Shown in pieces: positions 9,300-19,829 of a stretch of 64,000 bases of DNA. The notes under the pieces were generated by a model that did not search any database, was not told the origin of the DNA, and was given only the letters and a program-made list of their open reading frames with translations. Origin of the DNA: an uncultured Bacilli bacterium (GTDB lineage: Bacteria; Bacillota_I; Bacilli_A; RF39; UBA660); contig CANROW010000001.1 of assembly GCA_947632345.1 (NCBI GenBank), forward strand, positions 4,855-68,854, read 5' to 3'. Positions within the stretch are counted from its first letter, which is position 1. Every line of letters begins with the position of its first letter. Made by a program: the position numbers and the translations under genes.

Positions 9300-10856
9300 T
9301 TAATTATTTATTTTTTGTTCTATTTCTTCAAGCTTTTTCTCTTTATCAATTCTTTGAAATAATGGTGAAGGTGTTCCAACTTCATATGTATTATCATCAT
9401 CATATCTAGTATTAATATTTGTTGTATTCAATTGATTAAAGATATTATCTGAAGTATCAGGTAAGAATGGTTTTAAATAGATAGCTGCTACCCTAATTGA
9501 TTCTAATAAATTGAATAGTACTGTTTCTAAACGATCTTTTTTATCATCTTCTTTAGCAAGAGTCCATGGCGTTGTCTCATCAATATATTTATTGCTTCTT
9601 CTAAGTAAATCAAAGATGACATCTAAAGATGCTCCAATTTCTAACTTATCCATTTTTTCTTCTACTTTGGTATCAAGTTCATTGATCATATCAATCAATT
9701 CTTTATCCACAGCTTCTGTGGATTTTTTATTTTGAACTTTTCCCTCAAAATATTTATTGGCCATAGAGATTGTACGATTGACTAAATTACCTAAGACATT
9801 AGCTAAATCACTGTTGATTCGCTCAATCATTAATTCATAAGTTAAAGTACCATCATTAGCAAAAGGTATTTCGTGAAGTACATAATATCTGACAGCATCT
9901 ACCCCAAATTCATCTACTAAATCATCAGCATAAATAATGTTACCTTTCGATTTACTCATCTTATCATTACCACATAATAACCATGGATGACCAAAGACTT
10001 GTTTTGGTAAAGGTAAATCTAAAGCCATTAAGAAAATAGGCCAGTAAAGTGTATGAAATCTAATGATATCTTTACCAATCAAATGTAAGTCTGCAGGCCA
10101 ATACTTCTTGAATTCTTCTGTTTGATTATCGACGTCATAACCGATATTAGTAATGTAGTTAGTAAGTGCATCTAGCCAGACATAGACAACGTGTTTTGGA
10201 TCAAAATCAACAGGAATTCCCCAAGAGAAAGAAGTACGAGAAACACATAAATCTTGAAGCCCTGGTTTTAAGAAGTTATTGATCATTTCATTTTTTCTTG
10301 ACTCTGGTTGAATAAATTCAGGATGTTCTTCAATGTACTTCATTAAGCGATCTTGATATTTTGATAGTTTAAAGAAATAAGCTTCTTCACTCTTTTTGCT
10401 TACCTCTCTTCCACAATCAGGACATTTGCCATCAACTAATTGCGTTTCCGTAAAGAATGATTCACAAGGAGTGCAATACCATCCTTCGTATTTACCTAAG
10501 TAAATGTCGCCTTGATCATATAACTTTTTAAAAATATGTTGAACTTTTAATTCGTGATTTTTATCAGTTGTCCTAACAAAACGATCATATGTAGTATTCA
10601 TGCAATCCCAAATTCTTTTGATTTCAGTGGCAACTTCATCCACAAATTGTTGTGGTTCAACGCCTTTTTCTTCAGCTTTTAATTGAATCTTTTCTCCATG
10701 CTCATCAGTACCGGTTTGAAAATAGACATCATAACCTTTAAATCTTTTATATCTCGCGATTGCATCCGCTAAAACAATCTCATAAGTATTACCAATATGG
10801 GGTTTTCCTGACGTATAAGCAATCGCTGTTGTAATATAGTATTTTTCTTTATTCAT
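9300..10856 (-). CDS. metG: Methionine--tRNA ligase (short form)
   Basis: HIGN motif (KPHIGNTYE), KMSKS motif, and the zinc-knuckle CPDCG. Confidence 0.9.
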   Translation of the reverse strand: MNKEKYYITTAIAYTSGKPHIGNTYEIVLADAIARYKRFKGYDVYFQTGTDEHGEKIQLKAEEKGVEPQQFVDEVATEIKRIWDCMNTTYDRFVRTTDKNHELKVQHIFKKLYDQGDIYLGKYEGWYCTPCESFFTETQLVDGKCPDCGREVSKKSEEAYFFKLSKYQDRLMKYIEEHPEFIQPESRKNEMINNFLKPGLQDLCVSRTSFSWGIPVDFDPKHVVYVWLDALTNYITNIGYDVDNQTEEFKKYWPADLHLIGKDIIRFHTLYWPIFLMALDLPLPKQVFGHPWLLCGNDKMSKSKGNIIYADDLVDEFGVDAVRYYVLHEIPFANDGTLTYELMIERINSDLANVLGNLVNRTISMANKYFEGKVQNKKSTEAVDKELIDMINELDTKVEEKMDKLEIGASLDVIFDLLRRSNKYIDETTPWTLAKEDDKKDRLETVLFNLLESIRVAAIYLKPFLPDTSDNIFNQLNTTNINTRYDDDNTYEVGTPSPLFQRIDKEKKLEEIEQKINN

Positions 10857-10867
10857 ATTATCATCTC

Positions 10868-11635
10868 CTAATATCCACCATCTATTTTTATAATGGCATT
10901 ATTTATATAACTGGCATCAGGACTAGCTAAAAAATAAATTAAATTAGCTATTTCTTCTGGCTCAGCAAATCTTTTTAAATATATTTTTTCACTCTCTTTT
11001 TGAACTAATTCTTTTGGTAAATCCTTATTCATATCCGTATTGACCCAACCGGGTGCGATAGCATTCACTCTAATATAAGGAGCATACGCTAAGGCAAAGT
11101 TATGGGTTAAAGATATAATTCCTGCTTTGGATGCATCATAATCAATACTAGTTGGAAAATAAGAATTAATACCATTAGTTGAAGAGACATTTATAATGAC
11201 ACCATGCTTTTTATCCATCATCATTTTACCTATATGCTTACACATTATAAAGGTTCCTGTTAAATTATTATTAATTGTTTGATTAAAAATTTCAACAGTT
11301 CTTTCTTCTAATTCCATATCATAAACAATTCCGGCGTTATTGACTAAAACATCAATATTGCCAATCTTTTCTTTGATCTCGTTACACATTCGTATTACTT
11401 CATCTTCTTTAGAAATATCGGCAATAGCCGTAAAAACTTTAACTTTATATTTTTCTTCTATATTGTGTTTAATTTTTTCAAGTAAATCACTTTCTTCACG
11501 ATTATTTAAAACTATATCATACCCATTTTCAGCAAACTTTTTAGCTGTTGCAAGTCCAATACCTCTGCGTGAACCAGTTACTAACACAACTCTATTCATC
11601 TTTTTCACCACTTTTTTCAAGAGAAGACCAACCAA
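10868..11635 (-). CDS. Short-chain dehydrogenase/reductase family oxidoreductase
   Basis: Rossmann motif VLVTGSRRGIG, NNAG motif, and the catalytic Y..K (YDASKAG). Confidence 0.8.
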   Translation of the reverse strand: MVGLLLKKVVKKMNRVVLVTGSRRGIGLATAKKFAENGYDIVLNNREESDLLEKIKHNIEEKYKVKVFTAIADISKEDEVIRMCNEIKEKIGNIDVLVNNAGIVYDMELEERTVEIFNQTINNNLTGTFIMCKHIGKMMMDKKHGVIINVSSTNGINSYFPTSIDYDASKAGIISLTHNFALAYAPYIRVNAIAPGWVNTDMNKDLPKELVQKESEKIYLKRFAEPEEIANLIYFLASPDASYINNAIIKIDGGY

Positions 11636-12086
11636 CTCTTTCCGTCTCTATTTTCTCTTCATCATCAACGGTTAAGTATTTCATAAATATTCCTTGGCAG
11701 TAAGCTTCACCTTTTTTAACAACATAATCTTTATCACCATGGTTTTGAAGAGATACTAACATATGGCCATTATTCTGAATGCTGTTATAAAAGTCACTAT
11801 CAATTATTCCAACTTGATTAGTCATTCGCACATTATATTTGAATCCAGTGCTACTTCTTACCACTATTAATAGCACTTCATCCTCATTAAACTTAGCCCG
11901 ATATCCTGTTGGAATTCTCTTTATTTCTCCTGGCTTTATGACAAAATCTTCGACGGAATAGAAGTCATATCCCGCACTGTTTTTAGTCGATCTTTTAGGT
12001 AATTTATATTCTTCATATAACTCTTTATCATCTTTGATATCTTTCTTAAATTGTTCAAAAATGATTTTTTCAAAATATCTTCCCAT
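11592..12086 (-). CDS. dut: dUTP diphosphatase family protein
   Basis: dUTPase motif 1 (SAGYDFY), motif 2 (VRSSTG) and motif 3 (GIIDSDFY) are present. A canonical motif 5 is absent. A ribosome-binding site (AGAGGTGG) precedes the ATG. Confidence 0.65.
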   Translation of the reverse strand: MGRYFEKIIFEQFKKDIKDDKELYEEYKLPKRSTKNSAGYDFYSVEDFVIKPGEIKRIPTGYRAKFNEDEVLLIVVRSSTGFKYNVRMTNQVGIIDSDFYNSIQNNGHMLVSLQNHGDKDYVVKKGEAYCQGIFMKYLTVDDEEKIETERVGWSSLEKSGEKDE

Positions 12087-12089
12087 AAT

Positions 12090-12345
12090 CCACCTCTAAA
12101 ATAAAAACACGATAATCATCACAAAAGGACGAGTTACCGTGTTACCACCTTAATTTATAGAATAATCTATACACTTAAAGATTTAACGCAATCCTACGCA
12201 TTAGTTTAATTATTCGACTAATGAACTCCGGAACCATTCTCAATACTCGTTCTATGCTTTCTTTCACCTATCAAAGCTCTCTAATAATAGAACATCAGTA
12301 TATCTCTTTCCCTCTTTGTTTCTTTCCAATAACTTGAGTGTATTA
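12090..12345 (-). promoter_or_regulatory. T-box riboswitch leader, probable Met specifier, with promoter, preceding the dut-SDR-metG operon
   Basis: On the minus strand: an extended -10 (TGTTATAAT); an AGAGAG box; AUG in the candidate specifier loop; the T-box antiterminator sequence AATTAAGGTGGTAACACGG, in which UGGU would pair with NCCA; and a terminator hairpin ACACGGTAA...TTATCGTGT followed by TTTTTATTTT immediately before the dut ribosome-binding site. Confidence 0.6.
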
Positions 12346-12359
12346 TAACATCATTTAAT

Positions 12360-12860
12360 TTATTCTTCAATATTTTTAATTAAAATTGACTGAATCAATT
12401 CTAAAACCTTTTGATCAGTATCAGTTATTTCTCTTTCATAAGAATAACCAATTAATGAACCAATTACTTCTCCATATAAAATAATGGGTATAATTATCAT
12501 ATTTATGTTATATTCATTATTTAATAAAATATCTTTTTCATTATTCAATACAACTATTTTTCCATATTTAATTTTACTAATAATTTTTTCTGGTAATTCC
12601 TTTTTATTATTTATATCTTCTTCTAAATTAGTAATCATAATATTTAAATCGAGATATTTATTTAATATTTTTTGGTATTTCTCTAGATTGCTGAGATTAT
12701 CTTCTATATCTGAAAATTTTTCGATTCTGATGTAACCATCATCTAAAGCTATGCGCAACTTACTATCGTTACCTATTTTTAATTTTTTTCGATATTCTTT
12801 AGGAATGACTATTCTGCCCAATCCATCTAATTTTCTAATAAATTCATTCACAAGTATCAA
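12360..12860 (-). CDS. SpoVT/AbrB-family transcriptional regulator (SpoVT-like)
   Basis: N-terminal swapped-hairpin AbrB/MazE domain (GRIVIPKEYRKKLKIG) plus a roughly 110-aa C-terminal domain. It is located downstream of mfd as in Bacillus. Confidence 0.6.
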   Translation of the reverse strand: MILVNEFIRKLDGLGRIVIPKEYRKKLKIGNDSKLRIALDDGYIRIEKFSDIEDNLSNLEKYQKILNKYLDLNIMITNLEEDINNKKELPEKIISKIKYGKIVVLNNEKDILLNNEYNINMIIIPIILYGEVIGSLIGYSYEREITDTDQKVLELIQSILIKNIEE

Positions 12861-12914
12861 CTCTTTTCAAATATTAGTATTATCTAATTTCCGTTTTTGA
12901 TACAAAAAAAGAGA

Positions 12915-13592
12915 TTAAATCGTATCAACCGTCTTTTCGTTCATCGATTTAAATCTCTCAAATGCTTCTTTAGATAAATTTTTTAGAGTTGTATTTCGTA
13001 AATTTGCCTCACTTTTTATTTTTTCAATAAGACTATTAGCATAAGATCTATTGATATATTCAACTAATTTTTCGTGAGTAACTTCATCAGGCAATTCATA
13101 AATGGATATTATCAAACTCGAGAATTTTGTACATACTTCATCACGTACACTCACTTCAATATTATGTTCTAACTCTTCAGTTAAATCATCTATATGTTGA
13201 TGATATGATGTAATATATTCATCAGTAATTTTAGTAAAATCAATATCTTTATTAAAAAATTGAGCTATTTTTTCTTGTCTTTCTTTAATAAGCTTTAGAA
13301 AAATATCCTTTAAAACATCTGATTCATCAGTTATAACACTTTTAATCTTATCTTCTTCATATTTTATATTTACGTCATCATACATCTCTGTTACATATTT
13401 TATTAGTCCGATTGCTTTTAAATCAATATAATTGCTCATTGTATGATTTAAAGAATCAGCATTATTCTTTATATCTAAATCTAATTTATTTTTTAATATT
13501 TCATAGTTTTTTTCTTGGAACATTTTACTTATATCCATTATCTTCCACCTTATCCTACTTAAAATATTATCAAATAGATGTTTGATAGTCAA
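12915..13592 (-). CDS. Hypothetical acidic protein
   Basis: 225-aa ORF between mfd and the SpoVT-like gene. No recognised motif. Confidence 0.4.
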   Translation of the reverse strand: MTIKHLFDNILSRIRWKIMDISKMFQEKNYEILKNKLDLDIKNNADSLNHTMSNYIDLKAIGLIKYVTEMYDDVNIKYEEDKIKSVITDESDVLKDIFLKLIKERQEKIAQFFNKDIDFTKITDEYITSYHQHIDDLTEELEHNIEVSVRDEVCTKFSSLIISIYELPDEVTHEKLVEYINRSYANSLIEKIKSEANLRNTTLKNLSKEAFERFKSMNEKTVDTI

Positions 13593-13594
13593 GT

Positions 13595-16500
13595 TTATGC
13601 AGGTTGCTTTTGCTTTATTTTATTCAAGAGAGATAATAAATAGAATAAATAATGCTTCTCTAATTTTATCGTATCAAGAACAATAATTAAATTCTTATTT
13701 TTAAATTGAAACCTAAACATTCGGGATATTTGATAAGCATCTAAGAAGAGCTGCTCACCATCAATCTTAGCGGACATTTCTTCACTAAAGACTAAAGAGA
13801 TAGAATTTCTTGTTTGATTAACTTCTATTATATCCAATTGTTTTGCTAGTTTTTCAAACCATTCTTCGTGCATATATAATACTAAATCTTCATCCAATTT
13901 ACCAAAACGATCTTCTAACTCTGTTTTAATTTCAATTAATTTAGTATAAGAATCAATTTCATTAATTTTACGATGAATCTCAATTTTTAGATTTTCATCA
14001 TTAACAAATTCGTCTTTTATATGGGTAGAAACTTGAATAAATGGTTTTTCTTCCTTAGTTTCTTCTTCCTCTTCAACGACTTTTTCACCCTTTAATCTTC
14101 TAACTTCTTCATCTAATATTTTTAAATATAAATCAATACCAATACTATCAATGAAACCGGCTTGCTCGCTACCGAGGATATCACCAGCTCCTCTTATTGA
14201 TAAATCGCGAGTCGCAATAGCAAAACCGCTTCCTAATTCTGTAAATTCTTTAATTACATTTAAACGTTTAACAGCTGTTTCATTCAATTGTTTTTGACGC
14301 TCGTACATCAAATAAGCATAAGCAATCTTATCACTTCGACCAACTCGACCACGAATTTGATATAACTGACTTAAACCAAAGCGATCGGCATTCAAGATGA
14401 TTAAAGTATTAACATTAGGAATATCAATTCCTGTTTCAATAATCGTCGTACATAACATGATGTCATACTCATGATTGATGAAAGCTTCCATCCTCTCTTC
14501 AATCTCTGTTTTAGTTAGCTGTCCGTGAGCACAGACAATTTTTGCTTCAGGAACTAAACGTTGCAAGGCAAACATCATCTGTTCAATTTTTTCAACGCTA
14601 TTATACAATAGAAAGACTTGGCCATTGCGGGACATTTCTTTATATATAGCATCTTTAATCAATTGATCATTTTCTTCAATAACATATGTCTGAACGGGAT
14701 ACCTATTAGTTGGTGGCGTCTCAATCAACGATAAATTTCTAATACCAACCAATGACATCTGCAAGGTTCTAGGGATTGGCGTAGCCGTCAATGTCAAAAC
14801 ATCAATATTTTCTTTATACTGTTTTATTTTTTCTTTATGAACAACACCAAATCTTTGTTCCTCATCAATTACCAACAAGCCTAAATCTTTTGGTTTGATA
14901 TCATTGCTCAATAGACGATGGGTACCAAAAACGATATCTATTTTTCCCTCTTGTAATTCGGTTATAATTCTTTTTACTTCGCGTGGTGTTGTAAAGCGAT
15001 TTAACACCGCCATCTTTACTGGAAAATTTTTAAATCTAGCAACAGCATTATTGTATTGTTGCATTGAAAGAATTGTCGTTGGACATAAATATAAAACTTG
15101 CTTAGAATCAAGAACAGCTTTAAACATCGCACGAAAAGCAACTTCGGTCTTACCAAAACCGACATCACCACATAAAAGACGATCCATCGGTGTCGTTGAT
15201 TCCATATCTTGTTTAATCTGATTGATCGCTAATAATTGATCCGCTGTTTCATCATATTCAAACTCTTTTTCAAACAAGAGTTGTAATTCATTATCGGGAC
15301 TAAACTTAAATCCTTGCCGCATCTCTCTTGTGGCATAGAGTTTCAATAAATCGCCAGCTATATCTTGAACTTTCTTTTTTATGCGCAATTTAGTTTTTTG
15401 CCATTCTGTTCCACCAAGCTTATTAACTTTGGGAACAACGCCCTCTTTACCAGTAAATTTACTAATTAAATCAATCTTTTCCACAGGAATGTACAATTTA
15501 TCTTTACCGCTATAAATTATTTCTAGATAATCTTTCAATAAGCCGTTTTGGGTTAGTGATTTAATACCATTATAAATACCAATACCATGCACGTCATGAA
15601 CGACGTAATCTCCAACTTCAATATTAGATATATTCTTAATTTTACTTGAATACTTAAAACTCGTCTTATATTTTTTCTTGTTTTGAACGACTTTAAAAAG
15701 TTCATTTTCTGTCAAAACAATATAATTATTATATTCAAAACCTTCAGAAATATTTTTCTCAATCAAATTAACTGTATTATTAACGATCCCATTTTCATCA
15801 GTAATGACATATTGACATTTTAAATAATTAGCAAAGTTTTTAATTTGATATTTTTTTAGACATATGACCACTGTTTTATTTAGATATAATGATTTGCTCA
15901 AATAATCATTTATGGCATCGACATCCTCATTAAATTTCCTAATGCTTTTGACATCGTAATTAAAAATTTTATCTTTCTTGACAAAAGTGTCTAAATTATT
16001 AATAGTATTATAATGAATAAATTGACTATATGAGATGTCATCAAAATCAAACATATAATTGAATTGATATCCATCATCACGACTAGCTTTATATTCGAAA
16101 ATTTGATTTCGCAAAGAATCAACATTAATTAAAATCTGCGAATAATCTTTAAATACAACAATCGGATCATCTAAATAGTTTATAATGCTAACAACGTCAG
16201 AATTATATTTTGGTAAATTCTTTTGATTATCTTCTTCAACCTCTACTTCAGTTAAAAATTCAGTATATGGTTTTATTTCAACAGCATCTATTTCATCAAT
16301 GGTCTTTTGATTATCTTCATTAAAATATCTAATTGAATCAATTGTATCACCAAAATATTCAATTCTGATTGGATGGGTCTCACCGATTGGAAAAACATCT
16401 ATTACAAAACCACGAATTCCTATTTCACCTGTTTTATTAACTATGGTTTCACGCTTGTATCCCAAAGCACTTAAATCTTTAATCAATTGATCACGGCTAT

Positions 16501-16903
16501 AATCTTCATCTTTTTGAAGCGTAACTTTTTTCTCTTGAAATAATTTTTTAGTAGGTAAATATCGTAGTAAACCATTCAAATGTGTCACAACAATGTGTCT
16601 TTTATCATCTAATAATTGATTTAATGTATCTAATCTAGTTATTTTTAAATCAGGACTGATCGCAATTGATTCACTAGTTAAAAAATCATCCATCGGAAAT
16701 AATAAATTCTGATCATTATAACCATTTAAAGAATTTAAAATTTTATTAGCTTCATATAAAGTTGAAGTAACAACCAGAATATCTTTATTTCGTTCTTTAA
16801 ATAATTTTGATAAATAAACACAAAAAAACTCATCTGTCATTCCCGTTAAACAGATGTTATTTTCTTCTCTGATATCAACTAATTTATCAAAAAAACTTTG
16901 CAT
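13595..16903 (-). CDS. mfd: Transcription-repair coupling factor
   Basis: 1102 aa. UvrB-homology N-terminal region; superfamily 2 helicase motifs (GDVGFGKTEVA, DEEQRFG); C-terminal TRCF domain. Confidence 0.9.
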   Translation of the reverse strand: MQSFFDKLVDIREENNICLTGMTDEFFCVYLSKLFKERNKDILVVTSTLYEANKILNSLNGYNDQNLLFPMDDFLTSESIAISPDLKITRLDTLNQLLDDKRHIVVTHLNGLLRYLPTKKLFQEKKVTLQKDEDYSRDQLIKDLSALGYKRETIVNKTGEIGIRGFVIDVFPIGETHPIRIEYFGDTIDSIRYFNEDNQKTIDEIDAVEIKPYTEFLTEVEVEEDNQKNLPKYNSDVVSIINYLDDPIVVFKDYSQILINVDSLRNQIFEYKASRDDGYQFNYMFDFDDISYSQFIHYNTINNLDTFVKKDKIFNYDVKSIRKFNEDVDAINDYLSKSLYLNKTVVICLKKYQIKNFANYLKCQYVITDENGIVNNTVNLIEKNISEGFEYNNYIVLTENELFKVVQNKKKYKTSFKYSSKIKNISNIEVGDYVVHDVHGIGIYNGIKSLTQNGLLKDYLEIIYSGKDKLYIPVEKIDLISKFTGKEGVVPKVNKLGGTEWQKTKLRIKKKVQDIAGDLLKLYATREMRQGFKFSPDNELQLLFEKEFEYDETADQLLAINQIKQDMESTTPMDRLLCGDVGFGKTEVAFRAMFKAVLDSKQVLYLCPTTILSMQQYNNAVARFKNFPVKMAVLNRFTTPREVKRIITELQEGKIDIVFGTHRLLSNDIKPKDLGLLVIDEEQRFGVVHKEKIKQYKENIDVLTLTATPIPRTLQMSLVGIRNLSLIETPPTNRYPVQTYVIEENDQLIKDAIYKEMSRNGQVFLLYNSVEKIEQMMFALQRLVPEAKIVCAHGQLTKTEIEERMEAFINHEYDIMLCTTIIETGIDIPNVNTLIILNADRFGLSQLYQIRGRVGRSDKIAYAYLMYERQKQLNETAVKRLNVIKEFTELGSGFAIATRDLSIRGAGDILGSEQAGFIDSIGIDLYLKILDEEVRRLKGEKVVEEEEETKEEKPFIQVSTHIKDEFVNDENLKIEIHRKINEIDSYTKLIEIKTELEDRFGKLDEDLVLYMHEEWFEKLAKQLDIIEVNQTRNSISLVFSEEMSAKIDGEQLFLDAYQISRMFRFQFKNKNLIIVLDTIKLEKHYLFYLLSLLNKIKQKQPA

Positions 16904-16911
16904 ATTCGCCC

Positions 16912-17472
16912 CTATTTATGATTATATTTTGCCATCAAAGCTTCAAAATCTAATGTATAAAAATCATCAATAATATTATTGACAGTTTTAGTTAATTCAT
17001 CAATAATTTGCTTGTTTTCTTTAGATATATTACCTAAAACATAGTCTTTTGTATCTAAATCTTTATTATTAGAAATTCCTATTTTTATTCGTTTATAATC
17101 TTGAGTTTTCAAATGTAACTCAATATTCTTAAGACCATTATGACCACCACTAGAACCAGTTGGTCGCAACTTATACTTGCCAATCGGTAAATCTAAATCA
17201 TCATTGATAATAAGAATATCGTTAAGATTTATTTTATAAAAATCAACAAAGGCTTTGACAACTTCACCTGATAGATTTATATAAGATTGTGGTTTTAAAA
17301 GAATGGTCTTTTCCCCATTGTTTAAAAATTCACAATATAGACCATTGAATTTGCTTTTAGAAATTACTTTGCCCTTTGCTTGAGCATAAGCATCAATAAA
17401 CATAAATCCCATATTATGTCTTGTATTCTCATATTCTTTTCCTGGATTTCCAAGACCAACAATTAATTTCAT
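16912..17472 (-). CDS. pth: Peptidyl-tRNA hydrolase
   Basis: MKLIVGLGNPG start and the conserved HNG motif (TRHNMGF). Confidence 0.9.
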   Translation of the reverse strand: MKLIVGLGNPGKEYENTRHNMGFMFIDAYAQAKGKVISKSKFNGLYCEFLNNGEKTILLKPQSYINLSGEVVKAFVDFYKINLNDILIINDDLDLPIGKYKLRPTGSSGGHNGLKNIELHLKTQDYKRIKIGISNNKDLDTKDYVLGNISKENKQIIDELTKTVNNIIDDFYTLDFEALMAKYNHK

Positions 17473-17476
17473 AAAA

Positions 17477-18322
17477 TCACTTCCCTATATGATACATTTT
17501 ATAAATTTCGGATTTCGAGGTCTGTCGATCATTGGCAACTTTTTTTAAGGCTTCTTTTTCACTTAAGCCTTCTTCAAGATACATCGAAACGTGTTCTTGA
17601 ATAGTTAAATCATCAAAATTAACTTCTTGTTTATTGCCTTCGACAACGACGACAAACTCCCCTTTTATTTCTTGCTTCTCTAATTCTTCAAGTACATCAT
17701 GCACACTACCACGATAAATCTCTTCATGAATTTTGGATATTTCCCTAGCTATCGCAATACGTCTTTCTCCAAAAATTTTTTCTACTGACATCAACATCTC
17801 AATAATGCGATGTGGTGCCTCATAAAAAATAATAGTTACAGGATAGTTCTTTAAGTTTTCTAATTCTTTTTCCCTTTTTGACTTTTTCGCATTTAAGAAT
17901 CCATAAAACATAAATGGTAATGGATTGACACCAGACGCAATCAAAGCTGGAATTAACGCATTCGCACCGGGTAACGGTATTACATTATAACCCTTTTTTA
18001 TGACTTCTTCAACTATTTTATAACCAGGATCACTAATTATTGGTGTACCACGGTCTGTAACTATCCCAACATTCTTACCATCTTCTAGATATTTGATAGC
18101 TAAATTCTTAGTACTCTCCTCATTATGATCATTCGAACTGATGAGTTTCTTATTTATATCCAATCTGGTAAGCATCTGCTTCGTTATTCTTGTATCTTCA
18201 CAAAATAAGACATCAACCAATTTCAATGTCTCAATAGATCGTAAAGTCATATCGTCAAAATTGCCGATAGGCGTCGGTATCAAATATAATGAAGTGCTAC
18301 CATCATAACTCTTTTGGCTCAT
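17477..18322 (-). CDS. rsmI: 16S rRNA (cytidine1402-2'-O)-methyltransferase
   Basis: Tetrapyrrole-methylase fold motifs (LYLIPTPIGN, LFCEDTR). Bacillus yabC position. Confidence 0.8.
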   Translation of the reverse strand: MSQKSYDGSTSLYLIPTPIGNFDDMTLRSIETLKLVDVLFCEDTRITKQMLTRLDINKKLISSNDHNEESTKNLAIKYLEDGKNVGIVTDRGTPIISDPGYKIVEEVIKKGYNVIPLPGANALIPALIASGVNPLPFMFYGFLNAKKSKREKELENLKNYPVTIIFYEAPHRIIEMLMSVEKIFGERRIAIAREISKIHEEIYRGSVHDVLEELEKQEIKGEFVVVVEGNKQEVNFDDLTIQEHVSMYLEEGLSEKEALKKVANDRQTSKSEIYKMYHIGK

Positions 18323-18324
18323 AA

Positions 18325-19050
18325 TTACCTCCTAAAGAAAAGCTTGTTTATCTCATCTAAATATTCACCATTTTCATTATGAATGATTAATGGTTCTTTA
18401 ATGATTAACCCAGGCTTTCCATTTTTTCTTCCCTCAATTAAAACCATATTAGAATTGGTGTTTTTTTTGGGATATATCAATTGAATCTTTTTTGGTTCAA
18501 TATTATTTTTACGCATTTCTTCAATTATTTCAATCAAGCGATCACTTCTATGGATCATTGCAAAAACACCATTATTATCTAAATATTTTTTAGCAATTGC
18601 AACAATTTCAGATAACGTTATCTTTTCTTCGTGACGAGCAATAGTCTTATGTTCATCATCATTCTTTTTAGAAAGTTCCTCTAATTTAAAATATGGAGGA
18701 TTACAGACAATAACGTCAAAAAAATTAGCCTCAAAATATTTGTCTAATTTCTTCATATCATCATTTATCAATTGTATTTGTGAAGTTAGATCATTTATGT
18801 CTATGGATTCTTTTCCCATTTCATAAACATCTTTTTGAATTTCAATTCCATATATATGAGCGTGAGTCAAAGTTGATAATATCATCGGTATAGGAGCATT
18901 TCCTGTTCCTAAATCTAATATATTTTTTACATCCTTATTTAAAGTTACAAAGTTAGGCAAGAGAACAGAGTCTAATGAAAAACTAAACCAATCGGAATTC
19001 TGCACAATCTTTAAATTGTCATACCCCAACAAATCATTTACGACCTTCAT
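18325..19050 (-). CDS. SAM-dependent methyltransferase of the tRNA m6A37 (YabB/TrmN6) type
   Basis: DLGTGNA SAM motif and NPPY catalytic motif (VCNPPYF). Confidence 0.7.
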   Translation of the reverse strand: MKVVNDLLGYDNLKIVQNSDWFSFSLDSVLLPNFVTLNKDVKNILDLGTGNAPIPMILSTLTHAHIYGIEIQKDVYEMGKESIDINDLTSQIQLINDDMKKLDKYFEANFFDVIVCNPPYFKLEELSKKNDDEHKTIARHEEKITLSEIVAIAKKYLDNNGVFAMIHRSDRLIEIIEEMRKNNIEPKKIQLIYPKKNTNSNMVLIEGRKNGKPGLIIKEPLIIHNENGEYLDEINKLFFRR

Positions 19051-19828
19051 CTAATTGTACTTCCTCTAAAATCTTATTACTTTTTTCAACTGTATAAGTT
19101 CCTTTTAATAAATTGTGACTGACAACTTTTTCTGATTCATTACCATTTTTGATAATAGTTCCAATCGGCGGATAAGCCTTTTTCATCTCTTTATACTGAT
19201 CATCTTCATAACTCAAACAACATAATAATCGTCCACAAATGCCATTTATTTTCGTAGGATTTAACGCAATATATTGATTCTTAGCCATATTGATAGAAAC
19301 ACTATTAAAGTCATTTAAAAAAGTACTACAGCATAAGAACCGCCCACACGGACCAATTCCACCAATTTCTTTAGCTTTATCTCTGACACCGATTTGTCGC
19401 AATTCAATTCGTGTCTTATATATTGCCGCAAGTTTTTTGGCCAATTCTCTAAAATCAATTCTCTCATCAGCTATAAAATTGAAAATCAACTGTTTACGAT
19501 CAAAGGTAAATGTTGCATCAACAAAATTCATATCTAATCCAAGTTTTTCAGCAATGCTCTTAGCGTCTTTTAATGCTTTTTCACATTTATCCTCATTTAT
19601 TTTTTCTTGCTTTAAATCTTCAGCATTAGCAATGCGCAAAATATTCTTTAATGGAAAAACTAATTTATCAGCAGGCATTTCAGCTGGATCAGCTACAGCA
19701 ATTCCAAACTGCATACCTTTTTCTGTTTCAACAATAACTTTATCTTTTGCTTTAATTGCTAATTTATTAGTCGCAAAATAATAAATTCGATTAGAATTGA
19801 TAAATTTAATACCAACTACTTCATACAT
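19034..19828 (-). CDS. ricT: PSP1-domain protein RicT/YaaT
   Basis: PSP1 C-terminal domain with cysteine clusters (GRFLCC, GRLLCCLSYE). The start was set at MYEVVGIKF by comparison with the YaaT N-terminus. Confidence 0.7.
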   Translation of the reverse strand: MYEVVGIKFINSNRIYYFATNKLAIKAKDKVIVETEKGMQFGIAVADPAEMPADKLVFPLKNILRIANAEDLKQEKINEDKCEKALKDAKSIAEKLGLDMNFVDATFTFDRKQLIFNFIADERIDFRELAKKLAAIYKTRIELRQIGVRDKAKEIGGIGPCGRFLCCSTFLNDFNSVSINMAKNQYIALNPTKINGICGRLLCCLSYEDDQYKEMKKAYPPIGTIIKNGNESEKVVSHNLLKGTYTVEKSNKILEEVQLDEGRK

Positions 19829-19829
19829 C

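Noticed and set aside
12087-12359. Considered a small protein gene or an SRP/6S RNA in this 270-bp gap.
   Set aside because: There is no ORF with a ribosome-binding site. The sequence shows the T-box antiterminator and terminator logic immediately upstream of dut, so it was called a riboswitch leader instead.
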